A stretch of DNA of 64,000 nt from NCBI GenBank assembly GCA_041305945.1, contig JBGLND010000001.1, positions 1,717,210 to 1,781,209 on the forward strand, read 5' to 3'. Numbering within the stretch: the stretch's first letter is position 1; the number at the start of each line of letters is the position of its first letter. Of the stretch, positions 1-8,092 are shown piece by piece. A program made the translations under genes and the position numbers. Under the pieces are notes generated by a model that saw only the letters and a list, made by a program, of their open reading frames with translations, made no database searches and had not been told where the DNA came from. Origin of the DNA: Promethearchaeota archaeon. Lineage in GTDB: Archaea > Asgardarchaeota > Lokiarchaeia > Sigyniarchaeales > Sigyniarchaeaceae.

Positions 1-543
1 CGCATGCAAACGAGCGTTGCGGGCGTGTGGGCAGCCGGGGACTGTGCGAATGTTTTTCATAGCCTTTTAGGTCGCAAAGTATACGCCCCGCTTGCTACGA
101 TTGCCAACAAGCAAGGGCGATATGCTGGATATAACATTGCAGGGAAAAAAGCCGAATTTCCCGGAACGATGGGCACGATCATAACGAAAGTCTTCGACTT
201 ATCGATAAGCAGGACCGGATTAACCTTGGAGCAAGCAAAGAGCTTGAACGTTGCTGCGGAGGAGGTCAGCATCACCCACCATGACATGGCGCGTTATTAT
301 CCCGGTACCCGGGACGTGTTCGTGAGCATCGTGGTCGACCCAACGTCACATGCTATCCTCGGGGCATCGATTGCCGGAAGCACCATCGCGGCGAAAAAAA
401 TAGACGTGTTTGTCGCGTTGATAGCCTCGAAGGTGAAGATCGAGGACATCCAGATGATGGATTTTGCCTACGCTCCCCCTTTCTCGCCGGTGTACGATGC
501 GATATTAATCATCGCGGACGTGGCAACCAAGAAGCTACGCTGA
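1..543 (+). CDS. FAD-dependent pyridine nucleotide-disulfide oxidoreductase (CoA-disulfide reductase/NADH oxidase-like), C-terminal part; 5' end outside window
   Basis: The frame is open to the left edge. It contains the FAD-site motif GVWAAGDCA followed by a dimerisation-type tail (ITHHDMARYYPG ... FAYAPPFSPVYD). Confidence 0.8.
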   Translation, partial: RMQTSVAGVWAAGDCANVFHSLLGRKVYAPLATIANKQGRYAGYNIAGKKAEFPGTMGTIITKVFDLSISRTGLTLEQAKSLNVAAEEVSITHHDMARYYPGTRDVFVSIVVDPTSHAILGASIAGSTIAAKKIDVFVALIASKVKIEDIQMMDFAYAPPFSPVYDAILIIADVATKKLR

Positions 544-659
544 ACTCGTTCATCGGTTGTCCTGCGTTTCCCGGCGTCGAACGGGGTGGTGTTCACCTTG
601 AAACCCCCGTGAATGGCAAGCTTTTCCTTGTTGTTGCTCTCCATAGGCGAATCATTGCC

Positions 660-1787
660 TCACGATGATTTCAAGCTGGAATAAAAACCATGTTTTTCAA
701 GTCCATTGCGTAATGCCAAGGCATTATCCACCCTCGTGTTCAAGTAGTCGTGGGCGGGGCCGAGCAAGTACCCGCCGCCCGGGGCCATGATCCTTATCAT
801 GCGCCCGACCTCGGCTTCGACTTCTTGTGTTGACCCGAAACAAAGGAGATTGTTATCGATGGCTCCCCAAAAGCTCATTTTATCCCCATACTTCTTTTTG
901 ACTGCTTGGTGATCGATTCCAGATGCCGGTTCCAGTGTCTGCCATCCGTCGAAACCTGCATCGATCAAGTCGGGCAGTAATTCCGTGACGTTCCCGCACG
1001 AGTGGAGGATGGACTTGGCACCAAGCTCGTGGATGGCATCGTTGACCCGTTTTCGGGCTTGCATGAAGAATTTCTTGAATAGTTGTGGTGATAGCAACGT
1101 GCGGTCTTTCTGGCCGAGATCATCGTACGTGAACGCGGCGACGGGATGGAGCGGCCGCATCAACTCGACTTGCCGCAATTGGAGCTCCGCGAACGAGTTG
1201 ATGATCCTTGATAATGTCTCCGGGTTTTTCCTAGCAAAGTAATATATACGGTCGACGCCGAGCATAGTTTGGAGGTGGGTGAACGTGCTCGGGCCGTAAG
1301 ACGGGATGGCGTGGATAGTTGTCTGGAAAGACTTATTCGTTTCGATGATCTCGCGTCGATACGGGTCGACCTTCAGCCGGTCTGGCCACCCCCGTTCATC
1401 AAACCACTTGACGAGCATTTCTGGCGTGCGCAAGTACGGCCCCCAATGCCACGTGTATGCCTTTCCGTTCGGGCGTACCTCTATCTTGTTTATTGACCCG
1501 TAGTAAGACCGCTGGAATCCAGCCACGACCCCGTTCGTTGTTGTATTGCGCTCGATCTCGGTCACTTGCGGGTCGTTAGAAGGCCCGCGAACTGATACCC
1601 ATTCCGGGGGTGGTTCGTGAACCGGACACCCATGCACGACAACGTCCGTCCCGAAAAATACTGGTACCGTAAAATCACCTATTGGCGTGAACACGACATT
1701 CTGCTCGTCATTGGTGTAAGCATCGAGGAGTTCATCTTCACGTTGCTTGAATTCATCCCAGAATTCTCCCGAGGTGACCAGTCCCAT
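660..1787 (-). CDS. uroporphyrinogen decarboxylase (URO-D) family protein, MtaA/CmuA-like
   Basis: 375-aa ORF. The C-terminal half reads HSCGNVTELLPDLIDAGFDGWQTLEP ... GGGYLLGPAHDY, typical of the URO-D/methylcobamide methyltransferase TIM barrel. Confidence 0.75.
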   Translation of the reverse strand: MGLVTSGEFWDEFKQREDELLDAYTNDEQNVVFTPIGDFTVPVFFGTDVVVHGCPVHEPPPEWVSVRGPSNDPQVTEIERNTTTNGVVAGFQRSYYGSINKIEVRPNGKAYTWHWGPYLRTPEMLVKWFDERGWPDRLKVDPYRREIIETNKSFQTTIHAIPSYGPSTFTHLQTMLGVDRIYYFARKNPETLSRIINSFAELQLRQVELMRPLHPVAAFTYDDLGQKDRTLLSPQLFKKFFMQARKRVNDAIHELGAKSILHSCGNVTELLPDLIDAGFDGWQTLEPASGIDHQAVKKKYGDKMSFWGAIDNNLLCFGSTQEVEAEVGRMIRIMAPGGGYLLGPAHDYLNTRVDNALALRNGLEKHGFYSSLKSS

Positions 1788-1859
1788 GAGAAAACATGGG
1801 ACGCGATCTGGTTCCTCGTGCTGGAGCTGACAACACTTTTTTCTTGAGTTGGGAGAGAA

Positions 1860-2110
1860 TGGCTCCAGGAGTCAAGTATTTGGACCCGGGAAGTACCCTA
1901 AAGATATTATGCGCGACTGATGGTGACGAGATAATATCGGGTTCGGATCCGTTGGATCCTGCAAGCACGCCAGCAGCAATTGGTGGCGGGGTAATTGCAG
2001 GAATCATTACAGGTTCATGCGCGGCGGGTTTGTTATTCGTGTATGCATTGCATCGCAAGAACATCTTACGTTTTACACGAACAAGGAGACCACCCACCAC
2101 CGACGCATGA
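1860..2110 (+). CDS. hypothetical 83-aa single-pass membrane protein (or orphan C-terminal anchor of a surface protein)
   Basis: ATG is preceded by GGGAGAG. The hydrophobic span AAIGGGVIAGIITGSCAAGLLFVYAL is followed by a basic tail HRKNILRFTRTRR. There is no signal peptide and no recognisable domain. Confidence 0.3.
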
Positions 2111-2541
2111 TCCTAATATTTTGTATTTCAAGGTACCCGTGTATCATATACACGAGAGATATCCTCTTTGCGATATCCCTGCATGACCTCCGTGGTCATG
2201 TTTCTAGCTTGTATCGGGAGGGGACCCCCCCCTTTGTCGCTAGCACGGTGAACGAATCATGATCGGTGCTCTGCATGGCCTTGATGACCTGCGCGTTGTC
2301 GAAGCCGGGAAGGGCCTGCAGGCGGGGGAGGATGGCCACCGTGAAAACCGGGTCGCTGGTCGGTCGTCTCGATCCGGATGCCCGTGATGCCGCTCGCGGG
2401 GCTTCCCATCGATGGTCACGGTGAAGCCAGTGGGCGTGATGCCATCTATCGTGTCTGGTACGTGCATGGTGCCATTCTCGACCCGGTTCGTGGGTGGAAA
2501 AAAAAATGGAAATGACATGGAATGAGGGAGAAGAACACCTC

Positions 2542-4752
2542 CTACTTGCGCTTCACCTTCAGCTTCCTGGCGATCACGGCAATGGCCAAGGCCGACACGC
2601 CGACAAGCAGGATACCGGAGTACCCGTAGATGGCAGCCGCTCCCGTGCCTCCCGTTATTTTACGTGTCGTGAACGTTCCAATGTTCCGGTACCCGTTACT
2701 CGTGTCCATGACGAAAAACACGAAGTATTCCACGTACCGGCACGGGGTCAGGAGGATTCCCGTGGTCCTGCCGTCGACGGGGATGTAGGACGCCGTGGAC
2801 AAGACCGGGCCTTCCGGACCGCCCCCCTTGATCGTGATCGCCTCGCCTCCATCCGCCCGTGGCACCGGTGGAGCCGGGGATGGCAAGGACGAGGCCCCGA
2901 TCATGGGAACGTGCCCGAAGACCGCCTCGATCGTGATCAAGTCGCAACAAATGAGGGTGCCACGCAACAACACCAGGTCCTGGTGGCACTCCTTGGTGAA
3001 TTCCTCCCCGATGGCATGGGCGGGCGTCGAGTTGTACCACATGGAAAACGACGTCATGTTATCGGCCGGCGCGCCGTGATTGGTTTCGTCTTGCAAGATC
3101 AGCCACGTGTCCGTGAGGACCGCGGCTTCCCGCCGGTAGATGCCGTGGTCCTGGTCCCAGTAGGGATTGGTGGTCAGGTTCCAGTCCCAGTAATCGATGT
3201 ACCACTGGCTGCCGTCCTCGCAAAGCACCCCGAAATCGTTGAAATCGTAGTACCACCACGAGTAAAATTCGACGTCCAGCCTCATGTTATCGGACATCGA
3301 CCCGATCTTGAACTCGTCCACGGCACCCGTGGCACCGGCGGGGATCTTGTAGACCCACTCGTCGTCGTAACGGTTATCGTGCTCGAATTCGTAGCTCGCC
3401 ACGGTATCCGGGGGGAGTTCCCGGACGCCAACGGGCGATTCCCGCAAGGAGAACAGGATGTCAGGGGTGCCCATGACCACGCTCGTGTTGTACAGCCAGA
3501 AATACACCACCACGTCGAACAAGTCCCCGCGCTGCTGCATTTCGCAAGGGTCGTACAGGCCCGTTACCAGTTCGTAATCCCGTTCAAGGCTCGAGCCATA
3601 TTCCCAATCATGACCCACGATCGCAGAGACGGAATTGGGGACATCGATCCCCTTCACGCGGGAAAGCACGGGAACCCCGCTCTTGATGAGCACGAAGGAC
3701 CCGGACTCGGCTTCATTCTCCCCGCGGAAATCGTAACCCGACCAGTAGAAGGGAAGCCCGACCTCCAGGTTGTACCCTTGCGGGCAAGTCACGTTCCACT
3801 CGTACATCGTGCCGTGCTGGATGCCCGTGATGCGAATGCCGACCACGCCCACCCACGTCGATCCAATGTCCGCGGAAAGCACGTCCATGGACATGTTCGC
3901 CGGCACGCCACCGGGGCTCATGGAATACCCTTCGGTCAGGATCAAGGAAAACGACCAGTTGATGAACGTGTTCGTGGTCGATACCTTGAGATAATAGATG
4001 CCCACGCAGAGGTAGCTATACTGGACAACAGCATCGTCGTATGCATCGCAATCAGACATTGAAAACACGGAATCCTGTTTTGCATAGGCAATGTTCTTTT
4101 TCGTTATTTTCATTGATGTCGTGTTCACGAACGACCGTAACGTGAATAAATAAAACCCCCCGGTGCTGATCTCCACGCGACGGTACAGGAAGGGCAGGCT
4201 GGCGTCGAGGGTGCCGTTCCACCACCCGGCGAACGGGGCCTTGTTCATGATGACCGACGAGACATCAGTGACCACGATCCACCCGCCAAGGGCTTCCCAA
4301 GCCATGCTTTCATTCTTGGAATAGCTGCTCGAGTAGATGTTGATGCGTAGCTTGAAATTCTCGACTGCCTTGAAGTAATACGACTTGTTGGTGCTCGCCC
4401 ACATGATGCCGCTCGCTAAAAACTGAAATTGCTCGTTGTATGGTTCCTGCATCACGCCAGGGGCGCAATACAAGAATTCGGCCGAGTATCCCCACTCGTA
4501 CCCTTTCACCATCAAGTCACACCCTGCCTTGTTCGTCACCGTGATGTTGTACACCGAGTCCGCCACCACGTCGATGGTGAATGAATACACGTGGGAGCAA
4601 TTCGTGTACGTGAATTCCTGGCGAACCCCCAACTGCAAGACCGTCGGGTTCACCGCGGCCCCGCCGGACAACCACGCCACGGAGCCGATCCCAGCCAATA
4701 CCGATGCCGAAAGCACCACCAAGAGCGTGCTTACCTTTGCTTGTTTTTGCAT
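2542..4752 (-). CDS. large secreted, C-terminally membrane-anchored protein of unknown function
   Basis: Signal-like N-terminus MQKQAKVSTLLVVLSASVLAGIG. About 700 aa are rich in Trp/Tyr/Asn with many N-x-S/T sequons. C-terminal TM GILLVGVSALAIAVIA plus RKLKVKRK. The antisense 522-aa ORF has Arg/His/Pro-rich junk composition. Confidence 0.7.
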   Translation of the reverse strand: MQKQAKVSTLLVVLSASVLAGIGSVAWLSGGAAVNPTVLQLGVRQEFTYTNCSHVYSFTIDVVADSVYNITVTNKAGCDLMVKGYEWGYSAEFLYCAPGVMQEPYNEQFQFLASGIMWASTNKSYYFKAVENFKLRINIYSSSYSKNESMAWEALGGWIVVTDVSSVIMNKAPFAGWWNGTLDASLPFLYRRVEISTGGFYLFTLRSFVNTTSMKITKKNIAYAKQDSVFSMSDCDAYDDAVVQYSYLCVGIYYLKVSTTNTFINWSFSLILTEGYSMSPGGVPANMSMDVLSADIGSTWVGVVGIRITGIQHGTMYEWNVTCPQGYNLEVGLPFYWSGYDFRGENEAESGSFVLIKSGVPVLSRVKGIDVPNSVSAIVGHDWEYGSSLERDYELVTGLYDPCEMQQRGDLFDVVVYFWLYNTSVVMGTPDILFSLRESPVGVRELPPDTVASYEFEHDNRYDDEWVYKIPAGATGAVDEFKIGSMSDNMRLDVEFYSWWYYDFNDFGVLCEDGSQWYIDYWDWNLTTNPYWDQDHGIYRREAAVLTDTWLILQDETNHGAPADNMTSFSMWYNSTPAHAIGEEFTKECHQDLVLLRGTLICCDLITIEAVFGHVPMIGASSLPSPAPPVPRADGGEAITIKGGGPEGPVLSTASYIPVDGRTTGILLTPCRYVEYFVFFVMDTSNGYRNIGTFTTRKITGGTGAAAIYGYSGILLVGVSALAIAVIARKLKVKRK

Positions 4753-4867
4753 GCTTGTAGAATCACCGTTGAAGTCAATTCCTCGCAAGAACGCTTGCGA
4801 GCCGTGTTCCCTTCATGGTGGGATTTTAATTAGGTAATTGTTTGCTCGCGAGGGAACGGGAGGGAGC

Positions 4868-4912
4868 CACCCCGGGGCACCCCGGGGGCACCCGCGGCAG
4901 GGTGCACCCGGA
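4868..4912. repeat. GC-rich element with three GCACCC copies, a CCCCGGGG palindrome and a GCACCC-GCGGCA-GGGTGC hairpin
   Basis: Read directly: ccaccccggggcaccccgggggcacccgcggcagggtgcacccgg. It lies about 80-125 nt downstream (minus strand) of the TnpB-like remnant stop. Confidence 0.6.
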
Positions 4913-4992
4913 ATGCGGTCTTTCCAATACCGTTATTTCAAACCGTGACGAAGTTGGACATGTAGGCCAAGTTCATCCCGGTTAAGGCTTGT

Positions 4993-5355
4993 CTAAACAT
5001 GACAAGCGAGCGGGCGATAACGGGCGCCCTTCCCTTTGGCATGTAGCCGCGGGGATGTTGGTGCGATTCGCACGTTGCTTGATCCATTTAAATCGCTGTC
5101 CACTTGCTTGTTGCACGTTTCCTTCGTGCACGAGAATGTCTTGCCATCCCGCTTGCCAATGGTGCCGCACGCGCCACATCGTTTGGATGTACCAAACATT
5201 CCAAATTCCGGGGTTCTTTTCTTCCTTTTTCCGCGATTCGTGGCGGATAACGTTTCGTGATACTCCCGTGCCATGAACATCAACCAGGTTACCTTCGTGC
5301 CATGGTACGGGTCGTTTTCCCGTTGAAGGCGGTCGAGGGCTTTCCATAGAATCAC
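4993..5355 (-). pseudogene. tnpB: TnpB (IS200/IS605 OrfB)-like C-terminal remnant: zinc ribbon plus RuvC-III-like motif
   Basis: TSKRCGACGTIGKRDGKTFSCTKETCNKQVDSDLNGSSNVRI matches the TnpB pattern TS-x-x-C-x2-C ... C-x4-C ... D-x-D-x-N-x-x-x-N-(I/V). Only 120 aa are present, so about 250-300 N-terminal residues of a normal TnpB are absent. Confidence 0.5.
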
Positions 5356-5469
5356 GTCTCATTCCATTCCGCTAAGTATTTATGAAAGTGATTGCATGGT
5401 TTGGCATGGTGTTATCATGTGACATTATCTATCCCAGGAAAACTTCTCGAAAAGGGTGAATTCGTTATA

Positions 5470-6066
5470 ATGAAACCAGGCGTGACGGAAGAGGAATTCT
5501 GGGAGTATGCGAATGAAGATAGCAATTATGAATTGATAGACGGGGTCTTGATCATTCATTCACCAGCATCCGAAGAGCACGAAAGTATTTTCAAACACTT
5601 GCTATCCATTTTCCAACTGAATCTTGATGCATCGGGCGAAGGAAAGGTGTATGGTTCCCGGTTCGTCATGAGGTTGTCAAGCAAATGGAATCCAGAACCG
5701 GACATTATCGTCGTAACCCCCCAAAACTATCGAAACATCAAGGAGACGCATTTTGAAGGACCAGCAGACATTGCAGTTGAAATCATTTCAAGATCATCCG
5801 TTGAAATTGATACACAGAAAAAACTCCCGAAATATCTCGATGCGGGTGTCAAAGAAGTCTGGATCGTTGACCCGCAAGAAAAAAAAATCACGCTTCATAC
5901 AAATAAAGGTAAAGAAGAATATAAAGACCCCAATGTCCCAACCTTCATCGAGAGCAGCGTGTTAAAGCAATTCACGTTCCAAGTTACCTGGATATGGAAC
6001 CGGGATGACTTCTCCATTCTTGATATCGCAAAGATCATCATGGAAAAGGCCAAACGGGAAAAATAA
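5470..6066 (+). CDS. Uma2 family (DUF820) putative restriction-endonuclease-like protein
   Basis: YELIDGVLIIHSPASEEHE ... PEPDIIVV ... GPADIAVEIISRSS ... KLPKYLDAGVKEVWIVDP is the canonical Uma2 core, including PD-(D/E)xK-like residues. The ORF extends to 5392, but the ATG at 5470 fits the family length. Confidence 0.8.
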   Translation: MKPGVTEEEFWEYANEDSNYELIDGVLIIHSPASEEHESIFKHLLSIFQLNLDASGEGKVYGSRFVMRLSSKWNPEPDIIVVTPQNYRNIKETHFEGPADIAVEIISRSSVEIDTQKKLPKYLDAGVKEVWIVDPQEKKITLHTNKGKEEYKDPNVPTFIESSVLKQFTFQVTWIWNRDDFSILDIAKIIMEKAKREK

Positions 6067-6134
6067 TCGCGTTAGGCCTGGCCTTTTTCTCGCTGCCACG
6101 AAAAGGAGTTGGCTGGCGGTCGTGGGTCGCGCCG

Positions 6135-6830
6135 TCACCACGTGTGGGTGACGAGGTGGACCTGCACGCTGGCGTTCCCGAAGTCGGGGCCCGCGATGAG
6201 GACGTGGTACTTCGTGCACGTCTCGCCGGCGCAATCCCAGCGCGGCTGGATGAGAACGAACGTCGCCCGCGTCGTGTACTCCTCGTACGCGAGGACGTCG
6301 AAGTCAGGACACGTGAACGAGATGAGGCAATATTCGAATTTCTCGTAATTCTCGCCATCAAGCACGTAGACATAGATCGGGATGTCCGAATCTATCCTGA
6401 TGTCCGCACGTTCCCTGAAGCCCGGCAGCGAAATGGTGAACAAGGCGGTGCTGTTGTACATTGCCAAGGAGACATTCTCGTGCTGCTCGTGCCTGTTCCT
6501 CGGCCCCGTGAAGTTGAAATTCCAGTCGAGCGCCCAGTAGGTGCCGCCGGCACCCAGCACGGTGGCCACGAGGATGATGGCCTTGATGGCCCGGGCACGG
6601 TGCACGGGGAGGCGGGGGCCGGCGCGGGAAGGCCTGCCCCACCCGTCCCCGAGGCGCGACGATGCTTGCTTGTACGCGTCCCAGCCCCGGGCCGGCCCTT
6701 GCATGCCCGCGAACGGGCAAGCATGCGCCTCAGGGAGACGGTGCTTGCCGCAGAACTGCCCGCCGCAAGACTTGCACGTGAACGGCAGGGCATCGGAGCC
6801 CTCGCAACCAGGATGATCGCAGCGGTGCAT
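6135..6830 (-). CDS. AN1-type zinc-finger protein with one TM segment and a ~130-aa C-terminal ectodomain
   Basis: The N-terminus CDHPGCEGSDALPFTCKSCGGQFCGKHRLPEAHAC gives C-x4-C-x9-C-x2-C-x4-C-x2-H-x5-H-x-C (AN1 pattern). The TM is AIKAIILVATVLGAGGTYWAL, followed by a Cys-containing domain. Confidence 0.75.
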   Translation of the reverse strand: MHRCDHPGCEGSDALPFTCKSCGGQFCGKHRLPEAHACPFAGMQGPARGWDAYKQASSRLGDGWGRPSRAGPRLPVHRARAIKAIILVATVLGAGGTYWALDWNFNFTGPRNRHEQHENVSLAMYNSTALFTISLPGFRERADIRIDSDIPIYVYVLDGENYEKFEYCLISFTCPDFDVLAYEEYTTRATFVLIQPRWDCAGETCTKYHVLIAGPDFGNASVQVHLVTHTW

Positions 6831-7023
6831 GTCGGACGACCCCCGCCCTCGCGAGGCGTGGCTGGTACACGATCGCGCCGGGAGTACTTAAGCCCATGCG
6901 CCCCGTGCGAACACGATGCACGGCGGGCCTTGGTGGCTCCGGTTATCGATCGAGGCCGTCCCGCCAAGGTCCTCGCGTGCACGGGCACCTTGCAATCACG
7001 TGACACGCACGCTCGCTCGCGTG

Positions 7024-7953
7024 CTAGCACGAGAGAATGAAGTCCTCGGGCGTTATCGGGGCATGCTTGCACCACTCGAAATGGTGCGTGTTGTAGGTGA
7101 TCAAGAACAGGTCGAGCTGGTTGCATTGCGTGCCTATGATGAAATCCCGCACGTTTTCGCGGAATGGCATGGTCGCTTTCAAGGACAAGGCAGTTTCCAC
7201 CACGGCCTTGGCATCGATCGTGCCCCATTCCACCATGATGCCGTTGAACTTGCCAATCTCCGAGACGTATCTATCCCAGGGCAAGCCCTTGCTCAAGAAG
7301 AAATCCTTGATGATCTGCACGATGACGTAGATGACGACGAGCACGATGAGGCCGAAGACCGAGAAACCGATTGCCCCGAAGGCTATCTCGAAGGTGCTCC
7401 CGTTGACCGTGTAAACGAACAGCGTGATGATGATGCCGATGATGATGCCGAATGCTTGGAGTGCCTGGATGGCGATCTCGATGCGGTGCTGCTTTTCTTG
7501 CGAGATCGCGGGCTTGAGGAAGACCTCTATGACCACGAAGCAAAAGAACAGCATGGCCAGGATGCCGAGCGGCAGGTACATCTTGAACCCGACCTGGACG
7601 ATCGCGTTCATGTCTTCGCCGCTGGTGAACAAGGTTCGCAAGACGAACAGGACGTAACTGGAACCCTGATATGTCGCCGATGAAAAGACCAGCGACGAGA
7701 GCAACGAGGTACCCTTCTCCCGGCGGATGGCTTTGTACCTGAACCCGATGTAGAAGAAGAGCACGGCGGCAACCCCTGCCATGCACGCGAACGCGACGTC
7801 CCATGCATCCATGGCCCGCGGGAAGATGAACTGGGATGCTTGGCTTGGCGTGGTAATGGCATTTGCCCGGATGTCGTATTCCAAGCACAGGATGACGGTC
7901 AGCAAGAATCCGGCAACGATGATGACGTTCTGGAGCTTGATGTTGAGTTGCAT
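7024..7953 (-). CDS. polytopic membrane protein, unknown function
   Basis: 309-aa ORF with about 6 hydrophobic spans and a ~90-aa soluble C-terminus. Its composition is coding-like compared with the overlapping frames. Confidence 0.6.
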   Translation of the reverse strand: MQLNIKLQNVIIVAGFLLTVILCLEYDIRANAITTPSQASQFIFPRAMDAWDVAFACMAGVAAVLFFYIGFRYKAIRREKGTSLLSSLVFSSATYQGSSYVLFVLRTLFTSGEDMNAIVQVGFKMYLPLGILAMLFFCFVVIEVFLKPAISQEKQHRIEIAIQALQAFGIIIGIIITLFVYTVNGSTFEIAFGAIGFSVFGLIVLVVIYVIVQIIKDFFLSKGLPWDRYVSEIGKFNGIMVEWGTIDAKAVVETALSLKATMPFRENVRDFIIGTQCNQLDLFLITYNTHHFEWCKHAPITPEDFILSC

Positions 7954-8092
7954 GGTGGTCCCAACCGCTCGGCACTATCGCTTCCGTGAGATGGTTTGGT
8001 GAAAGGATTGAAGGAAATGGGATTAATAAGCCATTCAACGGGCTCGCGAGCACCCGGCCCGCTCGCATGTCCCGGGGCACGCGTCCTCCCCG

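Noticed and set aside
2494-4062. 522-aa plus-strand ORF
   Set aside because: It is entirely antisense to the 748-aa surface-protein gene. Its composition is dominated by Arg/His/Pro/Gly/Asp runs typical of a non-coding frame in GC-rich coding DNA, and it has no motif.
6144-7228. 298-aa (+) and 278-aa (-) ORFs spanning the AN1 gene and its upstream spacer
   Set aside because: These are alternative frames in a very GC-rich stretch. Their Arg/Pro/Ala-rich composition has no motif, whereas the 6135-6830 frame carries a complete AN1 finger and a TM.
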